This document shows positions 45,750 to 54,755 of a stretch of DNA of 64,000 nt, one piece after another; within the stretch, counting starts at the first letter, position 1, and every line of letters starts with the position of its first letter. The position numbers were made by a program, and so were the translations under genes. The stretch spans positions 3,586 through 67,585 of the forward strand of contig CANGBT010000002.1 in the NCBI GenBank assembly GCA_947452135.1. The letters run 5' to 3'. This DNA is from Burkholderiales bacterium. GTDB lineage: Bacteria; Pseudomonadota; Gammaproteobacteria; Burkholderiales; Burkholderiaceae_C. Below the pieces are notes generated by a model. It made no database searches. It was not told the DNA's origin and was given only the letters and a program-made list of their open reading frames with translations.

Positions 45750-47627
45750 TCAGCGGCGGATGAAAGCGCGGTGCCACAGCTCCACCGACAGCAGCAGGTA
45801 GATGTGGCGGCGGAATTGGTCGTGCCCCTCGCGGTCGCGCTTGAGCATGAGTGCGATGTGTGCCTGGTTGAAGTACAGCCGCATCGACGACTCGGGGCTG
45901 AGCAGGCACTCTTCGATGAACGGCCGCATGCTCGTGCGCATCCAGTGCTCGACCGGGTTGGCAAAGCCCTTCTTGGGCGCGTGCACGCGCTTCGGGGGCA
46001 ACCACTTTTCGGCGGCGCGCTTGTGCAGGTACTTGCCGGTCAGTCCCTTGAGCTTGAGCGACGGCGGCAGGCTTTCCACGAACTCGACCAGCCGCCGATC
46101 GAGAAACGGCACGCGCACTTCGATCGAGTTGGCCATCGAGGTCTTGTCGCCCACCATCAGCAAGTCGTCGGGCAGGTTGCTGCGCGTGTCGATGTAGAGC
46201 ATCTGCGTGAGCGGATCGAGGTGCGCCACGTCGTTTTGCAGATGCGCCAGCGCAAAGCGCGAGCCATACGGATCGAGCTCGTGCGCCTGCTTCATCGCGC
46301 CGCGAAACAGATCGCTCTTCACGTCGGCGCTGAAAAACGAATACATGCGCGCCAGGCGACGCAGCATGTCGGGCTCGCCGAGCGACTCGGCACCGCGGCT
46401 GAGCCGCTCGTGCCGTCCCGGCAGCAGCGACACCAGCGAGGACACCGCACCCGTCAACGCGCCCGGCAGCCGGCTGTACGGCCCCGACAGCCGCGCACCC
46501 AGATGCCGCCCGTAGCCGGCCCACGGTTCGTCGGCGCCCTGCCCCGTCAACGCCACCTTGACGTCGCGCCCGGCCAGCCTGGCCACGAAGTAGAACGCCG
46601 CCGCGGTCTCGTTGCCCACCGGCTCTTCCACGTCGGTCATGTAGCGCTCGAAGTGGCGCTGGTAGTCGGCCGGCCCGAGCATCTCGAACGAGTGGTGGGC
46701 GCCGAACTGCTGCGCCAGCGCGCGCGCATCGTCCACCTCGTTGGTGGCCTCGCCGCCGTCGAAGCCGATGGTGAAGGTGTGCACCGGCGTGGCGAGCTGC
46801 TCGGTCATGATGGCCAGCAGCAGCGCCGAGTCCACGCCCGAACTCAGGAACAGCCCCAGCGGCACGTCGCTGCGCAACTGCAGCTTCACCGCGTCTTGCA
46901 GCAGTTGCTGGTACTCCTCGATCAGCTCGGACTCGGGGGCGGCGGCACGCTGCACCGGCACCCAGTTCCAGTAGCGCTCGATGCGCATCTCGCCGCCGCC
47001 CAGGATCATCCAGTGGCCCGGCGGCAGCTTCATGATTCCGCGAAACAGTGTGCGCGGCGACGGCACGTAGCGAAAGGTGAACAAGTCGCCCATGGCCTCC
47101 AGATCCACGTCACGGGGGCACAGCGGATGCACCAGCAGCGCCTTGATCTCCGAGGCGAACACCAGCTGCGTGCCCAGCACCGCGTAGTACAGCGGCTTGA
47201 CGCCCAGGTGGTCGCGCGCCAGGAACAGCCGGCGCTGGGTGCGGTCCCACAGCGCAAAGGCAAACATGCCGTTGAAGTGCTTCACGCAGTCGCTGCCCCA
47301 CTGCTCCCAGGCGTGCACGATCACCTCGGTGTCGCTGCGCGTGTGGAACTGATGGCCCAGCGCCTGCAGCTCGGTGCGCAGCTCGATGAAGTTGTAGATC
47401 TCGCCGTTGAACACCACCTGCACCGTGCGGTCCTCGTTGGCGATGGGCTGCTGGCCGCCTTCGATGTCGATGATGCTCAGTCGCCGGTGGCCCAGCGCCA
47501 CCGGTCCGTCGGCCAGCGCGCCCACGCCGTCGGGGCCGCGGTGGGCGATGGCGTCGCTCATGCGCATGACGATGTCCGCGTCGGCCAGGCCGCCGCGCAG
47601 CTCAAGGATTCCGCAAATGCCGCACAT
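45750..47627 (-). CDS. asparagine synthase-like glutamine amidotransferase (XrtA/PEP-CTERM-locus amidotransferase type)
   Basis: 625 aa (MCGICGIL N-terminal Cys nucleophile, HRGPDG, SGGVDS-like LSSGVDS PP-loop). Confidence 0.85.
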   Translation of the reverse strand: MCGICGILELRGGLADADIVMRMSDAIAHRGPDGVGALADGPVALGHRRLSIIDIEGGQQPIANEDRTVQVVFNGEIYNFIELRTELQALGHQFHTRSDTEVIVHAWEQWGSDCVKHFNGMFAFALWDRTQRRLFLARDHLGVKPLYYAVLGTQLVFASEIKALLVHPLCPRDVDLEAMGDLFTFRYVPSPRTLFRGIMKLPPGHWMILGGGEMRIERYWNWVPVQRAAAPESELIEEYQQLLQDAVKLQLRSDVPLGLFLSSGVDSALLLAIMTEQLATPVHTFTIGFDGGEATNEVDDARALAQQFGAHHSFEMLGPADYQRHFERYMTDVEEPVGNETAAAFYFVARLAGRDVKVALTGQGADEPWAGYGRHLGARLSGPYSRLPGALTGAVSSLVSLLPGRHERLSRGAESLGEPDMLRRLARMYSFFSADVKSDLFRGAMKQAHELDPYGSRFALAHLQNDVAHLDPLTQMLYIDTRSNLPDDLLMVGDKTSMANSIEVRVPFLDRRLVEFVESLPPSLKLKGLTGKYLHKRAAEKWLPPKRVHAPKKGFANPVEHWMRTSMRPFIEECLLSPESSMRLYFNQAHIALMLKRDREGHDQFRRHIYLLLSVELWHRAFIRR

Positions 47628-47654
47628 GGGCGCCTTTCAAGGGTGACATCGCAC

Positions 47655-48599
47655 TCACGGCTGGGCCCAAAAGCGCAGCCGCTGGCGCAGCTTGCCGCGC
47701 TGCTCGGTGCGCAGAAAGCGCACCACGTCGTCCGGCAGCGCATGGGCCTCGCGGCGCACCAGCGCCCACGCATAGCGCGCCAGCGCCACACCGCTGCCCA
47801 GCACGAACGGGTATTCGGTCGCGCGCGACACGCAGCGCAGCGCGAAGAACAGCGGGTCGTAGCCCAGCGAATAGAAGCGCCGCCCCTCGAAGAACTTGAT
47901 CTGCAGCGGGTTGCCGTAGGCGAAGCCGGTCGGGCGGTGCTCGTAGGCCGGCGCCTCGAGCGTCTTGCGCACCGTCCAGCCGTGCATGCGCGCCATGATC
48001 TCGGCGGTCGCGTCGATGCCGCCCCACGGCAGCGCGCGGTAGCCGCCGATGTCGTTGAAGCACTGGCGGCGAAACAGCTGCACCTTGCCGCCCACGCTGT
48101 CGCTCGTGTAGTCGTAGGTCTTGAAGGTGTCGGTGAACCGCGTGTAGACGATGCCGCCCGCAATGCCCAGCCGCGGTTCGTGGTCAAACGAGGCCAGCAC
48201 CCGGTCGAAGTACTCGGGCCCGAACGACATGTCGGCGTCGATGTTGCCGATGAAGTCGAACTCGACATCGTGCAACTCGTCCAGCCCGCGATTGAACGCG
48301 CCCACCTTCTTGGCGAAGTCGCGCTTCGGGTCGCGCACCATGCGCACCAGGCGGATGAAGTCGAAGCGCGCCGCGTAGCCGGCCACGATCTCGGCGGTGC
48401 GGTCGGTCGATCCGTCATCCACCACCACCCAGCGCAGCGGCGGCACCGTTTGCGCCACCATCGATCGCAAGGTGTGCTCGATGAATTCCGCCTCGTTGCG
48501 CGCCGGCGTGATCACCACATAGGGCGCGCGACGGGCCCGCGCAGGCTGCTGGCTGCCGGCAGCGGCCGCACCCACGCTCATCTCAGCGGCCGCGCTCAT
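47655..48599 (-). CDS. family 2 glycosyltransferase
   Basis: PYVVITPARNEAEFI...VVVDDGSTD...NIDADM. Start chosen at ATG 48597-48599, which forms an ATGA overlap with the upstream stop. The tracked ORF extends to 48623. Confidence 0.8.
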   Translation of the reverse strand: MSAAAEMSVGAAAAGSQQPARARRAPYVVITPARNEAEFIEHTLRSMVAQTVPPLRWVVVDDGSTDRTAEIVAGYAARFDFIRLVRMVRDPKRDFAKKVGAFNRGLDELHDVEFDFIGNIDADMSFGPEYFDRVLASFDHEPRLGIAGGIVYTRFTDTFKTYDYTSDSVGGKVQLFRRQCFNDIGGYRALPWGGIDATAEIMARMHGWTVRKTLEAPAYEHRPTGFAYGNPLQIKFFEGRRFYSLGYDPLFFALRCVSRATEYPFVLGSGVALARYAWALVRREAHALPDDVVRFLRTEQRGKLRQRLRFWAQP

Positions 48600-49483
48600 G
48601 CCGCCGCCCTCGCGTGGGTCCACTGGCGCCAGCGCTTGCTGGCCAGTTGCACGCCGTGCAGCCAGTCGTAGTCACCCTCCAGCTTGGCGCGAAACAGCTG
48701 CGCATCGTCATCGTCGTTGACCGGCAACCGCTTGAGAAACAAGGGCTCGTCGTCGGCGCTGGCACTGCCGATCGAGGTCGTCACGCCCCCCTCGTAGCCG
48801 TTGCGCCGCAACTGCCCGGCCAGCCGGGCGGTGAACCGAGCGTCTTCCTCGGGGAACCGGTACGGGTACGAAAACAGCGTGGCCGGCGCACCGGTGATCT
48901 GCTCGATGTCGTGCCGCGAGCGCAGCAGTTCCTTGTCGATCTCGGTCTGGCTCAGGTGCACCAGCCGCGGATGCGACACGGTGTGCGAGCCGAAGTTCAC
49001 CCCGCGCGCGGCCAGCTCGGCCACCTCGGAGCGGCGCAGGCAGGGCTGGCCGTTCACGAAGCGCCCGTTCAGGCAACCGGTGGCCAGAAACACCGTGGCC
49101 GGAATCTTCAGCGCGTCGAGCACCGGAAACGCCTGGGTGAAGAAATCGGCAAAGCCGTCATCGAAGGTCACCACCACCGGCGAGGGCTGCTCAGCGCCAT
49201 CGTCGAGCACCGGGGTGCGGATCCACTGCAACGCATCGGCCAGCGACATCACCCGGTGGCCGTCGTCGCGCAGCAGTTCCATGTGCTCGCGAAAGCGCTC
49301 GGGCGTGGTCACCGTGCGGTAGTACGGGTGGGCGTGGTCGTCGACGCGCCGGGAGATGCTGTGATACATCAGGATGCGCACGCGGTGGCCCGACGGCGCC
49401 GGCCGGTGACGCCGCCACGGACTGGCCAGCCCCAGCGTGAGCCAGCGGTCGAGTCTGAAGTTCGAAGTTGCGGATTCACCCAT
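48596..49483 (-). CDS. polysaccharide deacetylase (NodB-fold)
   Basis: 295 aa from ATG 49481-49483 (ILMYHSI, VVVTFDDGFADF, GSHTVSHPRL). 8-nt overlap with the upstream GT gene. Confidence 0.85.
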   Translation of the reverse strand: MGESATSNFRLDRWLTLGLASPWRRHRPAPSGHRVRILMYHSISRRVDDHAHPYYRTVTTPERFREHMELLRDDGHRVMSLADALQWIRTPVLDDGAEQPSPVVVTFDDGFADFFTQAFPVLDALKIPATVFLATGCLNGRFVNGQPCLRRSEVAELAARGVNFGSHTVSHPRLVHLSQTEIDKELLRSRHDIEQITGAPATLFSYPYRFPEEDARFTARLAGQLRRNGYEGGVTTSIGSASADDEPLFLKRLPVNDDDDAQLFRAKLEGDYDWLHGVQLASKRWRQWTHARAAA

Positions 49484-50684
49484 TGAGCAGCCTCCCCACG
49501 ATGTCCAGGTAATCGGCCTTTTTCTCGGCCCAGCTGTTGCGCCCGGCGAAGGCCTGCGCGCGTGCGCTGATCTCGGCGCTGCGCCGCCGGTTGGCGTAGG
49601 CGTCGAGCAGCACGCGCGCCAGATCGTCGGAGTCGCCGGCACGGAAAAAACGCACCAGCGAGTCGTCGAAATAGAAGCGGTCCACGCGCGTGTCGGCCAC
49701 CACCAGCGGCACGCCCAGCGACATGAACTCGAGCGTCTTGGTGCTGAACGCATCGCCGCCGAACGAGTCGTTGCGCTTGGGCACCACGCCCAGATCGGCG
49801 TTGGCCATCACCGCGGCGATCTCGCGGATGGGCAACGGCGGCATCAGCTTCACCCGCGCACCCAGCCGCAAATCGGCCACCAGCCGCTGCAGTTGCGGCT
49901 TGGCCGGACCTTCGCCGTAGATGTGCAGCTCCATCGAGGGTGCCTGCTCGCACACCTTCGAAAAAGCCGCGATGGCGATGTCCAGCCCCTGGTGCCAGTT
50001 CAGCGTGCCGGGGTAGATCACCACGAAGCGCCCGTCGTCAGCTCGCTCGCGCAAGCGCGGGTCGAAGATGCCCGCGTCGGGGTAATTGATCATCGCGGAG
50101 CACTTGTCGGCGCGGCTCGAACGCTCGGTGATCCGCTCCAGCCACAGGTCGTTGGCCACGATCACGTGGTCGGCAAACGCGGCCGACCAGCGCTCGGCGC
50201 GCTTGAGCGCGGCAAACACCAGCGACTGCTCGCTCACCTTGAACTTGGCGGCATAGAACTCGGGAACGATGTCGTGGATGTCGAGCACCACCTTGGCACC
50301 GAGCAGCTTGGGCACAAAAGCGGCGAACACCTCGAAATCAGGCACCGAGTGCACGTGGATCAGGTCGTAGGGCTGCTCCACATGCCGGCGCGTGATCTCG
50401 ATCATCGAGTTGACGAAAAACCGCAGCACCCGCAGCAGGTAAGCGCCCTTGCCGCGCTCGTTCTTCTCGCGGCCCTGGATGCGCAGCACCCGCACGCCGT
50501 TCATCAACTCCTCGGCTGGCAGCCCTTCGCGGCGCAGCACGATGGCGTCGACACGCGCACCCTCGTTGGCCAGCGCCTCGGCGTAGCGGATCACCCGGCC
50601 ATCGTTCTCGTAGAAGGTGTAGGCCAGCATGCAGGCATGGATGGGCATCGGCATGGTGCTCACGAAGGCGCTGGTGGAACTCAT
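49476..50684 (-). CDS. GT-B glycosyltransferase (family 4/1-like)
   Basis: 402 aa from ATG 50682-50684 (IHVHSVPDF..., VIYPGTLNWHQGLD, the EX7E-like region FSTKTLEFMSLGVPLVV). Confidence 0.8.
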   Translation of the reverse strand: MSSTSAFVSTMPMPIHACMLAYTFYENDGRVIRYAEALANEGARVDAIVLRREGLPAEELMNGVRVLRIQGREKNERGKGAYLLRVLRFFVNSMIEITRRHVEQPYDLIHVHSVPDFEVFAAFVPKLLGAKVVLDIHDIVPEFYAAKFKVSEQSLVFAALKRAERWSAAFADHVIVANDLWLERITERSSRADKCSAMINYPDAGIFDPRLRERADDGRFVVIYPGTLNWHQGLDIAIAAFSKVCEQAPSMELHIYGEGPAKPQLQRLVADLRLGARVKLMPPLPIREIAAVMANADLGVVPKRNDSFGGDAFSTKTLEFMSLGVPLVVADTRVDRFYFDDSLVRFFRAGDSDDLARVLLDAYANRRRSAEISARAQAFAGRNSWAEKKADYLDIVGRLLNG

Positions 50685-52066
50685 GACGCAGACCGCTCCA
50701 TCGGTGGTGTGGCGCGCTGCGGCTGGAGCACCACGCCGCGCGCGTAGCCGCGCGAGACGATGCGCCGCGCGGTGCCCACCAGCGAGCGCAGCTGGTGCCC
50801 CAGCGGGATGCGCAACCAGTTGGCCAGCAGCGAAAAGCCGCTGTAGCGCGGCGCCGCGATGCCCGCCGTGCGCAGCGTGAGCAGCCGGCCCCAGATCGCG
50901 CCGCGCTTGCGCTGCAGCTCGCGCTGCGACATCAAAAGCACCTCGGGCGAGACCGCCTCGAGCGACAGCACACCGGCGGCCACCGCCGCGCGCACCAGGC
51001 GCCGGCCGGTCTCGGTGCGCACCAGCAGCAGCGAGCGGCCGGCTTCGCCTTCGGCGATCTCGCGGTACCAGGGGTCGCCGCACGACAGGTCGGCGAACTC
51101 GCTGGTGCCGTCGGGACACAGGTGGCAGCGAAACGGCCGGTACTTCTGCAAGAAGCCCCAGGCCTCGGCGTAGGTGGCCAGATCGCGCCAGCCGCCCTCG
51201 CCGGTCTGGCCTTCGTCACCCTTCATGCGCACCGAAAACAGCCCCGGCCAGCCGCGCCCGCGGTAGCGGATCTCGGCCACCTGATCGGCGTCGATGCCGT
51301 GCTGCGCCAGCAGATCGAGCGTGCCTTGCGTGCTGGGCGTGCCGGCGCAGAAGATGCCAATCGCCAGGCCCACGTTGGCATCGAGCGCGGGGCGCAGCTT
51401 TTGCGCCTTGCGCAGGCCCTGCACGTCGCACGGCTTGCCGATGAACACGCACGGCCCGCCGGCGTCCTCGATGGCTTGCAGCTGATCGCACGGCGAGGCC
51501 GGCGAGTACTTCGATCCGGTGGCCGCCAGCAATTCGGCCGGTGTGCGACTGAAGCGGCTGGCGTTGAGGTAGCGCACCTCGTCATCCGCACCCACGTGCA
51601 CCACGCCGCGCATGCCCTGCTGCTGCACGGCAAACAGCGCCAGCGCGCTGGCCAGTCCGCCCGACGATCCGGCCAGACGCAGTGCGCCGTCGGTGGCAAA
51701 GCCTTCCCACACCTCGAGCACCGGGCCCCAGCTCTCGCGCAGCGCGCCCAGCGTGTCGGCCATCGCCCAACCCGGCTCATGGTCGATGCCGAGTCCCGGG
51801 CACACGGTGACGCAGTCGTTGCAGCTGGCGCAGGCGTCGGTGGCGGTGGCGGTGACAGCGGCGATGCGGGCGGTCGCACCACCCGCGATGGCACCTGTCG
51901 TGACGGCCGGGGTCTGCGCATCGACATCCACGAACACCGGGCGCAGCCCGTGCGCCACGAAGTCGTGCATCTCCAGCCGGCCGTCGCTGCAGGCGTAGAC
52001 GCACGCACCGCAGCCGTTGCACAGGTTCGAGCGCGCCACGTCGGTGGCGTTGCGAATCGCGATCAT
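50681..52066 (-). CDS. 2x[4Fe-4S] ferredoxin domain fused to an FrhB/FdhB (coenzyme F420 hydrogenase beta)-like domain
   Basis: 461 aa. Cys motifs are CNGCGACVYAC and CASCNDCVTVCPG. FrhB-like C-terminal segments are SSGGLASAL..., IGKPCDVQGL, GIFCAGTPS and RCHLCPD. Confidence 0.75.
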   Translation of the reverse strand: MIAIRNATDVARSNLCNGCGACVYACSDGRLEMHDFVAHGLRPVFVDVDAQTPAVTTGAIAGGATARIAAVTATATDACASCNDCVTVCPGLGIDHEPGWAMADTLGALRESWGPVLEVWEGFATDGALRLAGSSGGLASALALFAVQQQGMRGVVHVGADDEVRYLNASRFSRTPAELLAATGSKYSPASPCDQLQAIEDAGGPCVFIGKPCDVQGLRKAQKLRPALDANVGLAIGIFCAGTPSTQGTLDLLAQHGIDADQVAEIRYRGRGWPGLFSVRMKGDEGQTGEGGWRDLATYAEAWGFLQKYRPFRCHLCPDGTSEFADLSCGDPWYREIAEGEAGRSLLLVRTETGRRLVRAAVAAGVLSLEAVSPEVLLMSQRELQRKRGAIWGRLLTLRTAGIAAPRYSGFSLLANWLRIPLGHQLRSLVGTARRIVSRGYARGVVLQPQRATPPMERSAS

Positions 52067-53379
52067 GCGAACGCCCCCGCCGGCCTGGCCGCCACCGGTG
52101 TCAGTGCCACCGGCGCCAGCACATCGAGCGCCTGGCGCTTGACGCCCACCATGGTGCGGGCCAGCTGCGCACGGAGGATCTCACGCTGCGTGAAGGCGGC
52201 ATCAACCATGCGCACGATGGGCTCGATCGCCATGCTGCGCGGATCGGCCACCCACTGCCCGGCGCCCACGCTGGCCAGCACGCCGGCGAACTTCTGGCTG
52301 TAGGCGATGCCCACCGCAGGCACCGCCTGCGACAGCGCCGCGATGCACGCGTGCATGCGCGAGCCCACGAACAGGTCGCACTGGCCGATCACGTACTTGA
52401 TCTCGGCCTGATCGAGCGGCGCGGTGACCCGGGACAGCCGCCCCGGATAGCGCGCGGCCCACTTGTCGTAAAGCGCGTCGATGGCAATGGTGTCGCTCTC
52501 GGCGGCGCTGCCAAACACATGCGGCACCAGCAGCACGTTGGCGCCACGCGTTTCGATCAGCAGCGCGAGCACGCGCTCGATGAGTTCAGGGTAGTCGCAC
52601 TTCAGCGCGAAGGCGTTGTTGCCGCCGTAGCCGCCGATGTGGAGCAGGCCGCTCACGTTGAGCCCCACCAGCGGGCGCGGCCGGTTCGCGCGGTCCTCGT
52701 CGGGCAGCGCCAGCCCGGCGGGCGGGCGCGGCTCGAGCAAAAAACCCATGTCGTAGCCGAACACCACCTGGTGGCGTGAGGCGTCCAGGCCCAGCGCCGC
52801 AACCGCCTCACGCACGCCACCCACCTCGCGGCAGTACGACAGCTGCGAGCGCTTGACGATGTGGGCCGCGACCCAGCGCGCCAGCCGCGAGCGCAGCGGA
52901 CCGATGGTCTGCGGCAGCAGCACCAGCGGACGGTTCAGCAGCAGCACCAGCCACTGCGGCAGCACCATGTAGAAAAACCGCCCCATCCCGTAGATGTCGC
53001 TGAAGCTGTCGCCGCCCGACACCGCCACCGCCATGTCGGCTCGGGCCAGCTGCTCGAGCCAGGGGTTGCCCGCCAGGATGCGATCGCGCCGTTCGGGGCC
53101 GACCCAGCGCAGCAGCGCGGCGACCAGCAGCAAGCGCACGATGTTGTTGGGCAGCCAGGGCTTCCACGAGAAGCGCAGGTTCACCAGCGGGATGTCGACC
53201 ACCTCGCCACCCACGGTGACGCGGCTGGTGGTGGCCTCGTGGCCGTAGTCGACCAGCCGGATGTCGCAGCCGGGGAAGCGGTGGCGCAGGATGGTCAGCG
53301 CGCCCATGGCCAGCGCGCCAATGCCGCGGTTGTCGCTGTCCAGCGTGGCGCCCAGCAACAGCACCCGGGTCGGTTTCAT
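52063..53379 (-). CDS. polysaccharide pyruvyl transferase family protein
   Basis: 438 aa from ATG 53377-53379 (LLLGATLDSDNRGIGALAMG, VSGGDSFSDIYG, LFVGSRMHACIAAL). The N-terminal extension of tracked ORF 52063..54354 is rejected. Confidence 0.8.
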   Translation of the reverse strand: MKPTRVLLLGATLDSDNRGIGALAMGALTILRHRFPGCDIRLVDYGHEATTSRVTVGGEVVDIPLVNLRFSWKPWLPNNIVRLLLVAALLRWVGPERRDRILAGNPWLEQLARADMAVAVSGGDSFSDIYGMGRFFYMVLPQWLVLLLNRPLVLLPQTIGPLRSRLARWVAAHIVKRSQLSYCREVGGVREAVAALGLDASRHQVVFGYDMGFLLEPRPPAGLALPDEDRANRPRPLVGLNVSGLLHIGGYGGNNAFALKCDYPELIERVLALLIETRGANVLLVPHVFGSAAESDTIAIDALYDKWAARYPGRLSRVTAPLDQAEIKYVIGQCDLFVGSRMHACIAALSQAVPAVGIAYSQKFAGVLASVGAGQWVADPRSMAIEPIVRMVDAAFTQREILRAQLARTMVGVKRQALDVLAPVALTPVAARPAGAFA

Positions 53380-53399
53380 GGTGGCACCTCGTGAGGTTT

Positions 53400-54755
53400 T
53401 CAGTTGAACGTGCGGTTGGCCAGCGCCACCGAGGCACCGCGCGGCACCGCGCCGGTCCAGCTGGCGTGATCGGACTCGGCCTCGCGCGCGGCGGGCTGTG
53501 TGGCCGTGTCGACGGCCATGGCGGCGGTGGCCGCCAGCGTCAGGTAGAGCGCCACGAAGGACTGATCGAAATAAGACACCGACATGAACGAGACCGCATG
53601 CGCAAACAGCGAGGCTCCCAGCGCCCAGGCGAACCAGCCGCGCGGGTCTTGCGTACTGGTGCCGGCCTGCTCGAGCGTGCGGCCCACGCGGCGAAACGCG
53701 ATGACCAGGATCAACGCGAACAGCCCCATCAGCAGCACGCCGCCCACCACGCCCATGTGCAGGTATTCGTTGGTGATGTCGACGTGGGTCTTGTCGAGCG
53801 CGATCGGCATCCAGTGCGCGGTCACATCGGTGCCGCCCAGCCACCATTCGTTGATGTGCTCGAAGGCCGACTCGATCAGCCGCGCGCGGTACCAGCCGGT
53901 GCTGCCGCCGGCCAGGTCGATGCGCGCGAGCAGGTAGTACACCGGCGCGCTCATGGCCGCCGACAACGCCAGCAGCCCGGCCAACACCGACCAGCGCACC
54001 GCGCTCAGGTGCTGGCGCACCGGCCACAGCGCCAGCGCGGCCGCACCGGCCAGACCGCCAAGCACCGGCCCGCTCGATGCCGACGCCAGGATCATCACCA
54101 CGCACGCCGCCAGACCCACCAGTGCGATGCGGCGGTGCGAGGGCCACAGCGCGGCGGCCAGCGGCAGCCACACCGCGCCCACCGTGCCGGCCAGGATGGC
54201 GTGCGCGAACGGTCCTTGCGCGCGCAGCCGCCCGAAGCGCATCTGCGGCACGTCGATGGTGTCGCCAAACACCGAGTACAGGTTGTGCGCGCCGAACTGC
54301 TCGATCGTCATCTCGAGGGCCACCGGCACCATCAGCAGCACCGCGATGGCGCACAGCCGCCGGGCGTCATCGAGCGTGGGACACAGCACGCGCAGCACGA
54401 AGTAGCACGCGCACGCGTTGAACGCCATGCCGCTCTGGAACTTCAGCGCGGCCGCCACGTCGTCGTGAAAGATGGCAGAAAACACCGCCCACACGGCCCA
54501 CACCAGCATCGCCGCATCGAGCGCGTGCAACTCGCCGCTCAGCCCCTCGCGCCGCACCACCAGCCGCGCCAGCGCGGCCACCAGCAGCAGCCGGATCACG
54601 TACACGTTGAACGGCCCGATCACCACGCCCAGCCCGAACGGCATGTGCAGCGCACCGGCCAGCAGCGGCAACGCCGCCCAGCGCCGCGGCAGCATGAACG
54701 TCAGCAAGACCGCCACAGCCACGAACAGCATGCCGGCCGGGTTGAGCTCGCCCAT
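53400..54755 (-). CDS. O-antigen ligase/polymerase-like polytopic membrane protein (exosortase-locus O-glycosylation-ligase type)
   Basis: 451 aa from ATG 54753-54755. About 10-12 TM segments and a Wzy_C-like loop (RAQGPFAHAILAGTVGAV). Confidence 0.7.
   Translation of the reverse strand: MGELNPAGMLFVAVAVLLTFMLPRRWAALPLLAGALHMPFGLGVVIGPFNVYVIRLLLVAALARLVVRREGLSGELHALDAAMLVWAVWAVFSAIFHDDVAAALKFQSGMAFNACACYFVLRVLCPTLDDARRLCAIAVLLMVPVALEMTIEQFGAHNLYSVFGDTIDVPQMRFGRLRAQGPFAHAILAGTVGAVWLPLAAALWPSHRRIALVGLAACVVMILASASSGPVLGGLAGAAALALWPVRQHLSAVRWSVLAGLLALSAAMSAPVYYLLARIDLAGGSTGWYRARLIESAFEHINEWWLGGTDVTAHWMPIALDKTHVDITNEYLHMGVVGGVLLMGLFALILVIAFRRVGRTLEQAGTSTQDPRGWFAWALGASLFAHAVSFMSVSYFDQSFVALYLTLAATAAMAVDTATQPAAREAESDHASWTGAVPRGASVALANRTFN

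Noticed and set aside
44748-48671. 1,307-aa plus-strand ORF, the longest in the track.
   Set aside because: It runs antisense to four well-supported minus-strand genes (GT2, AsnB-like, GT2, deacetylase). Its composition is Arg/Ala/His/Gln-rich with no motifs. This is the typical open antisense frame of high-GC DNA.
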